Positions 1-13,038 are shown, counted from the whole stretch's first letter. The stretch: 62,677 nucleotides of DNA, filler included, from Sphacelaria rigidula (GCA_964200075.2; 9 parts of 9 records of this genome joined end to end with filler, not necessarily neighbours in it); one strand, 5' to 3'. The notes: a model not told the origin generated them from the sequence alone. A program made the numbers and translations.

Positions 1-59
1 TGGGCGCATCCTGCCTCCTCGTCTGGGCACAAGCTTTCCAAGAGAAAGCCGCAGTTGTC
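1..59 (-). CDS. Exon 3 of the same secreted protein (truncated by the contig edge)
   Basis: cccctcgtgcacag acceptor, phase 0. Translates DNCGFLLESLCPDEEAGCA, continuing the CG...LC....GC cysteine pattern. Confidence 0.8.
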
Positions 60-639
60 CTGTGCACGAGGGGGGAAGACGTTCATGGAAGCGACGAAAG
101 CGCTATCCGGTTCATGCTCGGTCAACCCTTCATCATACATGCATTTTGATTCGAAATTACATTGAAGGAGATCCAACGGCGTGAATCAGCATCATTCGAC
201 TTCGGGTAGAGCAGGATAAATGGGGGAGAGGGACGGCCGGGTGGTGGCGGAGTGCCTTCCTTCGTCAGGGCGGAGTCTCCGACACAACAAGGGGTGTTGG
301 CATCGTGACGTACACAGGAAAGAGAGGGGTGGAGAGTCAGACGATCAGCTTCTGCCCGTCGCCCTTGCTGTCAGTAGACAGGTAGGTACAGTACACTCAT
401 TTCCAATTCAAGACAAGAATTCGAGTCTTTCGTACCGCCCAAGGAATCCCGACACGTGAATGGTCGGACATGATCCGGGTCCAACACTGTTGGTATATAC
501 GCTTACGGGCGTCTGCAGCGGTCGGATCGCGATTCTTCCGTCGTGTGACCAACCACGACTGCGGTATGTGGCTCAAGATGGGCGAAGGAGCGGTGAGCGA
601 TCATGGCACGATATTTCGGTAGTACAGAACTGTACTCAC

Positions 640-730
640 ATCAAAACAGAAGGAGTAGGAGCCGCAGTAGGTCAGGTCGATCTCGAATCGCGCGTCCGCC
701 GAGGCGCCCGCCCACTCCACAGGATATGTG
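640..730 (-). CDS. Exon 2 of the same secreted protein
   Basis: ttttgcag acceptor and GTGAGT donor; 91 nt, in phase with exon 1. Translates (S)TYPVEWAGASADARFEIDLTYCGSYSFCFD. Confidence 0.85.
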
Positions 731-1918
731 CTGCAAAACAGCATACACGACGCAGATCAAGCACCACGTGGAGAAGAATGGCAGGAACCAACTTCGCCGT
801 TAGGCACATCCCACACACTTCCGTCACATACGGATGACGATTTTCCCACTAGTTGCGCATAAAAAAGGTGTCAAGGATACCCCTATTGAGAAACGGCGAG
901 CTATGTCACGAAAGGAGGCGCCTCAGTCCAAACGGATAACGAGTTCCCGACAAGTTGCGCATGAAACACATCAATGCAAATTCGATGGTATATTGTCATG
1001 TCCCACGATTTTGTATAGAGGACCCCGAAGCTGTGTTTACGGTAGAAGGAATTGGACAGCTCATGAGACATTTGAATATCTGATTTAAATATAACTCCGA
1101 GATCTTTTGCCAAGGAAACACAGACTGCGCGACAGGGGGGTCCGAGAAGCGAAAGCGCTACCTTTGCGCGACTCCGCGTGCGCGGCGTCCACCGCAGAAC
1201 GGGGAAGACGCGGAGAAAATGGGTCGAACATCGAGCTCATGATCGGGATGGGTAGACTAGTCACGAGTAGCGTTCATGTAGCTCATGAGCTTTCCGACGT
1301 GTACAACATTTGCCCTAGGCCCACTTCCTTACTATTCCGTGGCCACTACTGTCGAGCACGTAGTTGTCATGTGAAGAGCTTCGTTTAGGATTCGTGTGAC
1401 CCTGATCTCATTTTTAGTGTCTTGTCAAATTGTTCTCGTGTCAACACGTGCGGGCGAATCGAGCTAGCTCGTTTCTGATTTGTCCACGCTTTTCATTTCC
1501 TCAGATGGTTGTTGTGTGCCGTGGACGTATCAGGTACGAACAAATTCGATTCCACCATGCATTCCCGGGTCAAAAACAATTTGATAAGACACGTCCTGAA
1601 CCTCGTATTATCGGCATCATTTTTCCAAGGGTCAGTATCGGATGAAGTCTCCACACGTACGTAAGTACATCGATCACCAATGCCGACCTGTGGTATGTCT
1701 CGCGACTATCATGTGATCATGTGAGAGCTAGATGCGAGACGGCCTGCAATGGCTACAGTAGAAGTGAACGCCAGTTTGTCCCCAGGAAAGTCTTTCAAAA
1801 TCTCGATCCGAGTGTCCTTCAAGGTCCCGCACAAAGTTTCAACCCCCGAACACTGAACTTGGGCCGATAAACGGCCTGCAAAATATTGTACCGAATTTCC
1901 GCCGCCTTGGTTTTTCAA

Positions 1919-2187
1919 AGGTAAATTCGCATTTCTTTTCTTGGAGTTGGAAAGTAAAATTTGGTATGGACAATCAACAGGGCATAAAAAAAAGATGTCT
2001 GTGAGGTCCCAACGATTCCTTGTCCTTCGTTAATTGAGGGCAAAAATCAATTTTGAGTTCAGTAGAATGCATTTAACTCCCGAAAAAAAATCATTGGGAC
2101 CTCACAGACATCTTTTCCTCATGCCCTGTTGATTGTCCACACCAAATTTCACTTTCCAACTCCAAGAAAAAAATTGCGAATTGGCCT
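1919..2187. mobile_element. Foldback MITE remnant in intron 1
   Basis: Imperfect inverted arms of about 100 bp (1919-2017 and 2089-2187). The internal motif ttggagttgg...aaatttggtatggacaat...gggcataa is shared with the MITE at 27905-28254. Confidence 0.75.
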
Positions 2188-2519
2188 GCGAAGTACAAAT
2201 CCGCTCGTAGGCTGGCCCAGCCTGTAGCTATTTCGGCCACATTCTTCATGTGTGGTGATATTTCAAGAATCGGAAATGACTAAATGACGAATCCGGTCGA
2301 TACGGGAACACGCGGAAGGACGAAGTATGAGATAATGTGCTGTCAACACAGTGCCACGTGACCGTATGTTGGAGGGTACGTGTACTTCAGCCAGGTACAG
2401 GAAGCGCCTCACCCCATCCCCAATTCTAACGCTAACTACTTCGGAATTTTGGCTGTTGTTGAAAACTTGTGCCTCAAAGTTATGAAAATATGAGAATTTC
2501 GAGCACAAGGTGCGATGCT

Positions 2520-2725
2520 TGAACTCTACGGTGTTTTTTTGGTCAAGAACATGTTTTTCAAAATTTGCAGCTCGTGCCTGAACCATGCCGCCGAACGACT
2601 GCAAAAAAAGTAGTCGGCCATTTTTGGGCCGACTACTTTTTTTGCAGTCGTTCGGCGGCATGGTTCAGGCACGAGCTGCAAATTTCGAACACAATTTCTT
2701 AACCCGACAAACACCGTAGAGTTCA
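2520..2725. repeat. Long hairpin with a perfect 59-bp stem, inside a Stowaway-like MITE remnant
   Basis: 2561-2619 is the exact reverse complement of 2627-2685, with a 7-nt loop and an imperfect outer extension. The downstream TIR acttatgggacaaaggaag|ta ends at 2799. Confidence 0.9.
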
Positions 2726-2944
2726 TGAATAAAAAAACGATCGGACATGGTTGAGGGCCCGTACAAATTTAGGTACCTTTACTTATGGGACAAAGGAAGT
2801 ACTAATACTACTTACAAGAATCATTGTCATCATCATCACCATCGTCACAAAGTCATGATGGCGAGGAGGCCAGTACTATAGGTCGGTTTCATTGCGATCG
2901 GACGGAGAAATACAGAGTTGCGCAGCGAACAACAGTAACTGTAC

Positions 2945-3181
2945 CGATGTGCAGAATCAACACTACTACATAATGTAATAGTCGGGTTTGGCATGGACCA
3001 GTATAGCCAACACAGCAGATACACGAGCACACGCCATGGGACTTGACGTACAGGCATGTGACGATGTGCAGAATCAACACTACTACATAATGTAATAGTC
3101 GGGTTTGGCATGGACCAGTATAGCCAACACAGCAGATACACGAGCACACGCCATGGGACTTGACGTACAGGCATGTGACGA
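2945..3181. repeat. Exact 117-bp tandem duplication
   Basis: The unit starting cgatgtgcagaatcaacac occurs at 2945 and again at 3062. Confidence 0.9.
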
Positions 3182-3420
3182 CGGGATCGCACGTGTATGA
3201 TGGTGTTTGGCTGACAGCTTTTGATTTGAGGGCCTCTCGGCTCTGAGCTTTCGGCAACTTGAGACTTGTTACAAAGCGGTAGAGTAGCCGACTACGGTAT
3301 AGCGCTGCGGTACAGACGTAAGTGCGAGCACAAACAGGCACTATCCTTGTCTACAAAAAAATCAAACATCTTCCACGTGAAAACAACGCGTTGCTTTCAA
3401 TGAAGAGGTATAATACTTAC

Positions 3421-3542
3421 CTGCCAGAGGGCACAACCATGCCTTCAGAAGGCGTCGTGACTGTGAGCGCCTGAGTCGTAGTCGCAGCAGCCAGCATCGC
3501 CATCACCGCGGCCACGAGGGTAATGCTTGATGAGACGGCCAT
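3421..3542 (-). CDS. Exon 1 of a secreted Cys-rich protein (brown-algal EsV-1-163-like family), with signal peptide
   Basis: ATG at 3542. Translates MAVSSSITLVAAVMAMLAAATTTQALTVTTPSEGMVVPSG, a hydrophobic signal peptide ending TQA. Followed by a GTAAGT donor, phase 2. Confidence 0.85.
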
Positions 3543-4830
3543 GTTCTTCGCGGAAACTTCGGGTAAGACGCAGGCGGTGATATATCTATCAAGTAATACC
3601 CTGCTTGTATTTTGGAGGTGGTGGTCGGGTGGTCCAAGTTGGGGGAGAAGTAGATCTTGGGTTTGTGTTGAGCGATACGCTGAAGAGCGGAGAATGCTGT
3701 GAGTGATAGAGTGGGGGTGAAGATGGGGGTGGGCGAGTCACTCTCAGCAGGAAACGATCAAGACCCTCGGAGAATCTTTCCCGTCACCCCGAACACTGTT
3801 TGAATGTTTGAATTGAAATCATGACCCCGAATACCGTTCACTATTCGTATATCCAGTAATAATACAGTTTAGTGGCAGTAAAAGTATATCAAAATGAGGG
3901 GGTCCCGCCTCCCCGCTTCCCCACTTTCAACCACCACACCCGATGTACACTCTCGCTCTCGATGGTTGTCTATATCTATGCAGGGCGGAGTCAACACAAT
4001 GCAACAGACAAGAAGATAAAAAGACTGCATCATTATCTTGTACAAATCGTGGGAGCAAGTACTCTTAGATGCATGTCTCGATTCGCGAAAGGGTATGAAG
4101 ACAAACAATCGTGGTGACGGCTATATTTTGCTGCACGCGACATGCGTGGCATGCACAATGGCTGCCGCTTCGGCTAGCTGTACATACGCTTCGCGTGTTG
4201 CAGATCGCGTGTCTGCTCCGTGCGAGGGGTAGGGCAATGCCGTTGCTGGAACTTTTCGTGAACCACAACAGCAGTTTTTTAGTCCCGCCCGCCTTTTGGG
4301 TATGGATTCGGTACTGTCCACAGGTGGATTGATGACGTTCTCCATGTACTTGCTTATTATTGCTTAGCTGCGCCAATCTCTAGCTGGTCCGTGCTTACTG
4401 GTGTTCCACACCACAGGCAGACAAAGGCCTCGTGTGTTAGTCTGTGGCCCTACAGCAGATATACCGGACATGTACGACCCACTACTACGGTAGGGACCCC
4501 ATTGTTGTCCTGTTCTTACGGTAAAACAGATTCATTTGAAACTGTGTATGCCGTACACATTTTGCTGTATTTAACCTACGAGAGATGTTCTAGGAGCCTT
4601 GAATGTTGGACGTTGAAGATATACCCCACCGCCCTACACAATCACTGCATCATTAGTCCATCTGCTCTTTGAAATCTAGCCGGCCTACGCAGATATGATG
4701 ATATATGTGCAGTGTGACTGAGCCAGCATATCAGCTATTTTGGGGGTGTCCTTGACTGCGAAGCGTCCCGTCCAGTTATTGGTTGTCTTACTGTTCTCTC
4801 ACCGTGGCCACGATCGCGATAAATCGGGTG

Positions 4831-6876
4831 TGTTGGAGAAATGCCTGCATCTAGTGTCTATAGAGGTCCGTCGGTTTGACATGTGTCGGTTGGGATGTAA
4901 CGTATGCGGAGGAATAAATGTCCACATCTGGAGAAAAGCTCACTCCTTGGGTTGCTTTCTGAATCGTCTGGGTTCCGTGCCGTCTCTTGGATACAAGCAG
5001 TATTCTCTCTGGGCCATCAGTAGTTTGTGCCTGTTACATTCGTTTGTGTTGACCACGAGCGACGTGCTTACAACATCGAACGAGTGTCTTCTTTCTCTGA
5101 ATTGCTACTACTGTACTTCTGCTGCCCGAGCTCTCCGACTTGCTGTATCCGACTAACGTCCGTCGCTAGGAGGCAGCTTCTGGCCCCACGTGTATGGATA
5201 CACACCTCAATATCCTGAAGAGGGTATGAGCCCGCACACTTCAATACATTGTTCTACACAAGACAGATGAAAGACTGAGAAATTCTTTGGCTCGAGGTCC
5301 CCTTTTAGTCAACCCGTTCGCTGTTTAGACACGGACTGATCACCCGGCGTTCAAGACTGCACAAGATGCGGCACCTTTTGATTGTATCGAGCATTCGGGA
5401 GCTTTGTGTCTATTCGTCGACTTCGGTCGACGCATAGCGCTTGGCACGTTTGAGTGTTGTGTTCATCTGTCACCTTCAAGCGTGTGTAACCCACCTCAAA
5501 TAGGGAGTCTGGGCGCAAGCCGCGCAACAACGTCTGCTGCCAGCGCACAACGTATACTTACAGCTGAGGATCAGACCTCGGCCCGTTTGCACCGCGTGCT
5601 GCAGCCGAAGTCAAGCCTACACTGCACACAGTGTAGCCTACACTGGACGACGTGTAGTGTCTGAGCAGTACATCTGATGAGTGTGCCTGCGGGACGTGGC
5701 CGGAGTTGGCAACTCCGAGGTCACAACACCGGAGCTTCGGCACCCGCGGTTGGTTAGCAGCTATACACACTTAGCGTACAGCATCCCAGAACCTTAGTTC
5801 ACGGGGCGTTTCTAGCTATTTAGGACAAAACTACGCACCCGTCGCGTTGGTCAGGGTCGTCAGCCATACAGCTTGGCCCCTCGTAGACTGGAATTCGTCG
5901 ACAACAGGGTCACAGCGGCTCCTCGAGACTTTTTAGTAGATTCGATTAGGTATAAAAGTGGACCGAAGGTTCCCTGGTCAAGGGGGAGAGTTGAGCCGGT
6001 CTGCCGTCAACCCGACTGGACTGCGATTGGAACGTATGAGGGCGGACAAGAGAGGAGAAAATACACGTTCGGATTTTCGTCAGTATTGCCTTGATGTAGA
6101 TATAAAGCTCGAGCGTGCGTCAACGAATACTTCACAACAGATGAGTGTAAACGAGCGGGTAGGATGCACTCTGGCGGGTACGGTGAGATGCATGCTCTCA
6201 GATTCAGGGACTAAGTGAATACGCGAGAGTCGAAACGACACCTTTATCGAGACACCTTCCGTCGTGCCTGAACCAGACCTGTTGAGCGGTTTTGACGAAG
6301 AAATCTTTTCGTACGATGGGAATGACGACCTCGTGCGAGGCGACGTGCGTAACTACACGTCACGCCTTGATCGTAGCTCGTCTTCGGAGAACCGTGCGAC
6401 GGACGACACATCGGTGCTTGAACTTCTCGATCACAAAGAGATCACAGGTCGACATCTTCATGCTACTCGTGAATACACGACGTCGACTGAATTCCCGCCG
6501 GCTATGGACTCATGTTCGTCGAGCTCTCGCACCAGAGCGCGTGGTCGAGCTTTCCGATCAAATCCTTCAGAGCGTAATCAGCCGCCTGCGAGTAGTGTGC
6601 CTCCCTCGAGAACTGTTCTGCAACTAAAGGAAATTGCTTGCTTCGCTAAGGGGGAGTTTCCTCGCGTGGCCAACAAACATGAGCAGCTCAGCTTCGTCGA
6701 GTACGCTTCCGCTGCTACAAGCACACGGGTTCAGGGTCGTTTGGAAAAGATCAAGGTTCCGACGAACTTCAAAGAAGCCATGGGTTCGCCGGAAGTAACA
6801 CTGTGGAAAGAAGCCGCAGGAAAGGAATGAAATCGTCTGCAAGACCTTAACGTGTACAATCTCGTTCCGAAGTCAG
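4831..6876 (+). mobile_element. Degenerate Ty1/copia LTR retrotransposon (5' part)
   Basis: KVPTNFKEAMGSPEVTLWKEAAGKE, then after a lesion LQDLNVYNLVP, matches the start of copia RT (6750-6876). A copia-like PBS ggtatgagccc lies at about 5223 and a possible LTR start TGTTGG at about 4831. The 5' boundary is tentative. Confidence 0.7.
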
Positions 6877-6976
6877 NNNNNNNNNNNNNNNNNNNNNNNN
6901 NNNNNNNNNNNNNNNNNNNNTTAATTAATTAANNNNNNNNNNNNNNNNNNNNNNNNNNNNNNNNNNNNNNNNNNNN
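6877..6976. other. Artificial contig spacer (N44-TTAATTAATTAA-N44)
   Basis: Identical 100-bp spacers also occur at 13853-13952, 20828-20927, 27803-27902, 34778-34877, 41753-41852, 48728-48827 and 55703-55802. Confidence 0.98.
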
Positions 6977-7272
6977 CTCGCTCACCGACGCTCCGCGCTC
7001 CCCCTTTGGTCCCATATCCACATGACCCCCGGGGGGGGGGGGGGGGGGGGAGAGAGAGCGAAGAGAAGAATAAGGTGCAGGCCACACGGCTTTCTGGTTG
7101 GTCAAAACGAATTCCCGAGAACAGTGGTATGTGTCGAAATCTCTGGGTTCTGCTATCACCCAACAGCCGCTTGACAGTTGAGTGGCGACCCTGTGCCTGT
7201 GGTTTCGCAGTGTGGATGGGATCATCAATTCATCAACATTCACTCTAATATTTTATATGTGACGATTCGCAG

Positions 7273-7340
7273 GTTTCATCTCCCCGGAGGTCGGAGATGA
7301 CCCGGAGAAGGTAGCCCTCGTCGTCCCCCTTTTGGCCAAG
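7273..7340 (+). CDS. ABC1/UbiB (aarF-domain) atypical kinase, internal exon
   Basis: cag acceptor and gtgag donor. Translates (G)FISPEVGDDPEKVALVVPLLAK. Confidence 0.75.
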
Positions 7341-8091
7341 GTGAGACACCAGTAGGGTTACGGTAGGTTCGGGCCCTCCAGGATTAAGGGCTGTGATTAG
7401 TCCGATGTTTGTTCTCTTTCTGATCCCTTTTGCCGTTTTGTTCATTTTCGCTTCCTTCGCCCTATCGCTACTGTTGTCTCTACTTTTTTTGCTGTATTTA
7501 TTTTCGTTTTAGTCGCCGTCGTCGTCGTCGTTGCTGATAATGGTCATGGTCGTTTCTGTTGTTAGGGTTCATGTTTAGTTCGTGATCGATAAAGCGCACG
7601 GTTAGGCCCGGTTGTAGACAGCCTCAGCCATGAACCCCGAGGCTAGCCTCTTCGCCGCCGAAGCGGGTTATATGATGCCCACCCGTGAGTGGAGGAATTG
7701 CATCGTATCAAGATGCCAACCTTCCGGGGCAGAACGTTCCTACGCACTTTTGAAATACGGAACTGACTTTTCGTATTTCAAGGATGGTCCTCATGCATTT
7801 TCCATGTCCCATAATATTAGACCGGCATGTCATACGATTTAGGATTTAACGCACGGCTCTTCGTGTCCTATCTTCCTTACGCCGGCCTGTCTTACGATTC
7901 CTATGAGTGTAAGGTAATCGTCACATTTTTTTCAAATATTTGACACTTGGCCCTAACTAGTTCGAGGTATGCATACCTTGTATATATTCTAAGTGCATTA
8001 CTTCTCAGAGAAATAAGTGTCATATCGACACACCAATCTTGCTTTTTACTGGGCTGTTGCCGTTACGCCCCCCCCCCCTTCTGATACATAG

Positions 8092-8238
8092 GTTATGGAG
8101 CAACTGAGCGAGGGGGGTGGAGCTCAAACCATCACAATCGACACTGTGGGAGAAGAAGTGGAGGAGTTGGCCAAGTCATACCCCATTTGCATCCCCGCCT
8201 ACTTTGGTCTGATTATTCGCTGCTTCGGTACCCTCGAG
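8092..8238 (+). CDS. ABC1/UbiB kinase, internal exon
   Basis: tag acceptor and gtagg donor. Translates VMEQLSEGGGAQTITIDTVGEEVEELAKSYPICIPAYFGLIIRCFGTLE, containing the ABC1K 'P.YF.LI.R....LEG' motif. Confidence 0.9.
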
Positions 8239-9363
8239 GTAGGTTACGAATACGACGTAGCATGATCGCAGTACACAGCTTTCTTGGTCGTACACTGGAC
8301 AGCAGCAGCGACTACCACCAACCCACGACATTTTCGTAGGGGCTTTCGCCCAACGATGCCAAATGAGTCATGCTAAGATAGGGGGGGGGCGGGGGGGGGC
8401 GGTATTTCGGGCCGTTTCTTCCACGAAGTTTCCACTTCGATCGTCGTCGAAACCAGCAACGGTTCTTCGAACGCGCTTGTTACCGACTAATAACGCTCAT
8501 TCGCACTGCTTGATACCGCTTATGCCCAAGTACAAGCGCACCGCGATTGTGCTAGGTCGTTTTACGCACCTATGATACCATTTTTTCGTGGAACCAAACA
8601 CCCCCCTATCGTAGCATGACTCAAATATGCAATGTATCAGTACCCACTGTCTGTATACCACCGAGTCCTTGATGTCAAACTAGTTCGTCAGCCCTAAATT
8701 AGTTTCGACGTATTTTAGGGATTCTTTTTTTCCAGAAGGGAGGCTCTTTGATACGAGTGCCGTTATCCGACAACGTGATAACGATAGTGGACGAAAAACA
8801 TGAAAAGTAGGTAGGCTGCAGGAGTGCTAATTTGATGTGTTCGATAAATAGTTTAGGGTGAGTACGGGCGGAGACATGGGTTGATCCCTTGAGACTACGC
8901 ACTCTTCCCAAGGGGCGACGACCAGGGCAAGATAAAAAACAAAAATGCACTCAACATGCTGAACATGGCATGCACGGACACAGCATGCGTACGCCGGCGA
9001 CATTTGCCCCGCATCAAGTAGCACCGCCATACACTTCACCACCACGGTTGGGGTACTTGTGAGCACCTGGTGATTGCGTGTACGGTACAAAAAGCGCACA
9101 AATCTACTTGTCAACTGGTACAATCTGACCCCTAATCGAGACCTCTTTTCAATATTTAAGCGGGTACAAATGGTGATTATGTGAATGTACATCGCTCGAA
9201 TTCAATATCGCCGCGGAGGAAAGTGCGCTAATTAATCACTGGGCCACATCTTGTCACCCCTCAATGTACTGGTCATAAACGAGCACCCCATGACCTATTG
9301 CCGCGCAACGTAGAGCATTAAATCGGAGATTCGATTATCCCAAACCTGATTACTTCCCTGCAG

Positions 9364-9510
9364 GGTCTTGGGCTTTCTATTGACCCCGGGTACTCGATCG
9401 TGAAGGAATGTTTCCCGTACCTCTGTCGTCGGCTGCTGACCGAAGACTCTCCTCGAATGCGTCGGATGCTCAAAAGCTTCTTGTACGGAAAAGACGGGGA
9501 TTTTCTACAG
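9364..9510 (+). CDS. ABC1/UbiB kinase, internal exon
   Basis: cag acceptor and gtgcgt donor. Translates GLGLSIDPGYSIVKECFPYLCRRLLTEDSPRMRRMLKSFLYGKDGDFLQ, containing the 'PY..RRLLT.DSPR' motif of plastid-type ABC1K. Confidence 0.9.
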
Positions 9511-10598
9511 GTGCGTGCTGTGTTTTCCTGTCTCGTACGACAAGAAAGTCAACATCACGACACTCCTCCCATTGTGCGCGCGCACGTGTTTCAGAAATAT
9601 GGATTTCACTGAATGTATCCGCTTCATCTGGGACTTGAGGGTATTCTTGGATGAGTGAAAAACAGATATCCGAGTTGACCATTCGCGGCGATGGTATCAC
9701 CCACGTTTTTGCCGGATGCGTGCAGTCCACGCGATCATCATGATTCACAACTCACCCCTTCAGGGCGAGTAGAGATTGAGGTTGGTTCTTGTGCGCAAGG
9801 TACTGACTCTCAGAGATGCGCTTGATCACGCCTCCAAGCGTATGGCTTAGACAGCGATGGCTGTGGTGGAAGTCATCATGGTGGCGAGGGAAAGTGTTGT
9901 TCTTGCCATTGACGACCCTATTCATATTCCTCGGGAGAAACTGATGAAACACAGAGCATTTCGGGCATTCTGGTGCGCTCGGTCGGGTGCTCTGCTCACA
10001 TGACCGGGACCTCGCCGTGAATAGATGACCGTACCCACGGTGATCAACCGATAGACACCTTGTTGAAAGCGCAAATGTTTATTTACATGTACCAGGGGTG
10101 CATGTACTCCTGATTGATCGATTGAACGTGCGACAATCAACCACGGTTCGGACGAATCGTTGCCGGTTCGAATCACCATAATCCATTATTTCTTAGGCCT
10201 GATTGCTCGAAAGAGAGGAAAAAGGTCGACCGCTGGTCAAGTAGGTCTTCACGCAACTTTTTTCGCCATTCCACGTGCCTGGGCTGCGCGTACCTCGGCT
10301 GCAACGCTGAAAACAAAGCCTAAGAATTGGTTCGTACGGTACGAGTCAATTACACTGAAATCAAGTAATTTCCGGACGAATCATTAATTCGCCCGACCCT
10401 TGCAATCAACCAACCAATCAATCAGGGGTACATGCACCCGGCAATACTTTCACGTACATGCTACAGTAAGGGCAACACATATGTGTATTCTGTGCATGAG
10501 ATAGCCGCCTGAAGCTAGTAGTGTTTGTCGAGACCGGTACGCCCGGATGGTACGCATACTCGATACCGGTTCCCCCTGCCATTATGGTAAACGAACAG

Positions 10599-10803
10599 GT
10601 CGATCGAGTTGACGAAATTCTGGAGGGCTACCGCACGTTCACCGCGCTTGCAGCTGAAGTTAGCAATCCTGACGGAAGCGGCATCATGGCTCGATATGGT
10701 ACGGGCACGGGGCGAGATAGCCCCGAAGATAACGAAGTCGAACGTGAGCCCGAGGGGAGGTTGGAAACGCTCAGTATCTACGCAGGAAGGCAAAGCTCGC
10801 AAG
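10599..10803 (+). CDS. ABC1/UbiB kinase, internal exon
   Basis: cag acceptor and gtcagt donor. Translates VDRVDEILEGYRTFTALAAEV...QSSQ and ends in phase 1. Confidence 0.75.
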
Positions 10804-11129
10804 GTCAGTGGGGCGAGGAGAACGTCTGAACTGTAACGAACAGAGCAACATTCTCAAGGTCAGGGTGGCGAGGAAAATATTCGGGCTGTGAACGACAGTC
10901 TTGGTGCTGTCAAGACGAAATAAGTGACGCGAAGTCATGATGGCCGTCAAATCAAGTGACGAAGTGAGCGTGATCGCCGGAGAAGCTCGAGTGGTGATCC
11001 TTCGCATTGCTTTTCAACCGAGTTAAGGACAATCAAGCCTTGGCATTGATGCTGTTGCTGTCATTTTTCTCGCCCTGCTTGTTCTATTTTTCATCGCTAC
11101 TGATATCATTCGCTGGGTTATTGCCACTG

Positions 11130-11191
<62 letters not shown>

Positions 11192-11207
11192 GCTGCTACT
11201 ACTACTA
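11130..11207. repeat. (CTA)n microsatellite
   Basis: About 25 CTA/CTG units. Confidence 0.95.
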
Positions 11208-11863
11208 TGACATTATTGGTCGCTTTTTAAGGCTGTGTTGCCGGTAGACGTGCTGAAGACGCCAACATATTGGACCGCTACGTCCCATAACACTCTCCGT
11301 GACAACACCCTCCGGCCTTGAGCCTGCGGATTCCAACAACTCATATGGTCGTAAACTCCGTCGTCCACGGTCCATTAGGAGGCATAGGACAGAGGCAGGC
11401 CGGGGGGGATGCGTATACCCGTTCTTCGATAGATGTTGAATTTTTGTCGTCCCATCCTGTGCTACGTACAGAGGTGTACCTGCTGTCACAGCGGCTAGAT
11501 ATAATAATCACTGGTGACTGAAATTATGAGGCATCTTCACTGCAGAAACATTCGTACGTGAATGATCAAGTTAGTAAGCATAGAACGTTTCCACGTGGGC
11601 ACAAAACGAACACCTCCGCCGTCAGTGGGTTGAGTGAAACTTCTCATGCATTTATTCCGGTACGAACTGATGTCTGTTTTTTTGCTGGTTTTCCTAACTA
11701 CCAGCAAGGTCCCGATCAGCCACTCCTGATGCCCTTGATTCCGACAGGCGTTACCCCGAACAGAGTTCAAGCACTGTTTACCTCAATGCTCCTGTAGTTA
11801 GATGATATAAAATTTGTGAAACGTAACAAACATAATAGTCTGAAACCCGCAACACATTTTCAG

Positions 11864-12030
11864 GTGGAATGGTAAAAACCGACAGAGGAAGTGGTGGGGC
11901 AATCCAGGGAAGGAAGCGAGGGCGGAGCAGCAGAGGCGGGGTGGCATACTTCGATCCCGCGTCGGATCCGGTGATGATGGATGCGCTGCGTTTGTTGTTT
12001 GCGAAGGAGGGAAACTATGTGCAAGACTTG
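11864..12030 (+). CDS. ABC1/UbiB kinase, internal exon
   Basis: ttttcag acceptor and gtgaga donor; phase matches the previous exon. Translates ...DPVMMDALRLLFAKEGNYVQDL. Confidence 0.8.
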
Positions 12031-13038
12031 GTGAGAGAAGGGGGAGGAGGGGGTAGTCTTTCGAAGAACGTTTTCGATTTCCTTTCGTTCGGCGCCCACG
12101 AATCGATCGTCGTTCCATCAACCTGTACGGTGTCCTCTGTCCAATCCACTCAGCATGTGTATCATGTCAGTTGCTCGTGATTGACTCACTCCTCTGTCCG
12201 CAAGTACTTCTCTTTCGTCTGATGTGCTCTCTGTTTTGTGGTGAGTTTCCTTGTAGGGGCAACTGCTGACACGTCTAGTCATTACGCAATGTTAGACAGG
12301 ATAGAAGAGCAACGCAGAACAATATCTACGGAACGTGGTGTGTACACGCTGCTAGCAGCTGATGAACAATCGTGCAATATATATTAACCTGACGCAGAAC
12401 AGAGGAGCATTCAGTAGGCACGCAAGGGTTATATTGGGCTGCGCTGCTATTGGAGTAGGTGCAGGAAGAGAGCACTTATGAACAGTAGCTTTCCGCGTTG
12501 TTTTCAGAACGTTTCTCATGACAATTTCCCCACTTTCGTTGTTCATGATGCTGCCCGCGAACAAATATCTAATCTACTTCCCTGTCGAAGAGGATTGTTA
12601 ACAACGACCATCGGAGGCCGAGAGTAAAATGGGGATACTCCATGATTGGATGCTGCGTGATATTGCCCTGCATGTACTTTCGTCTGCCTCTGCCTCCGCC
12701 GTCGCCATTGAAAAACGTCACACCCCCTTTTCTGTTCCTTGTTTTCTTCAGAGCGTGTTTCAGTTTCGTTTTTCTTGGGTACGTCTATCATGAGACCACG
12801 GGGGTCCGTTAAAGTGCGACAATCATCAATCACCAAATCGGCCGGAGTGTGGTCTACGAGTATAGTCGTATCATCGGTCCTACCCGAAATCCGAGAGAAT
12901 AAAAACCGGGTGAGCAAATATTATTGTCGCGAAGAACAAGAGTCAGACACCTGACGTATTGACCAGCTTGTGCTCCATCTGCCGTAAGTGACACATGCAT
13001 GCTCGCCTGACCGTCTTTATTCCGTTGCCCCCTCTCAG

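Noticed and set aside
834-1918. Possible degenerate transposase in intron 1
   Set aside because: I could not recognise diagnostic motifs in any frame.
10795-10900. Duplicated donor site (caaggtcag) as an alternative 5' splice site
   Set aside because: An in-frame TGA at 10827-10829 lies before the second copy. This is a small decayed duplication.
11007-11210. Poly-Leu membrane peptide ORF
   Set aside because: It is the translation of a (CTA)n microsatellite in an intron.
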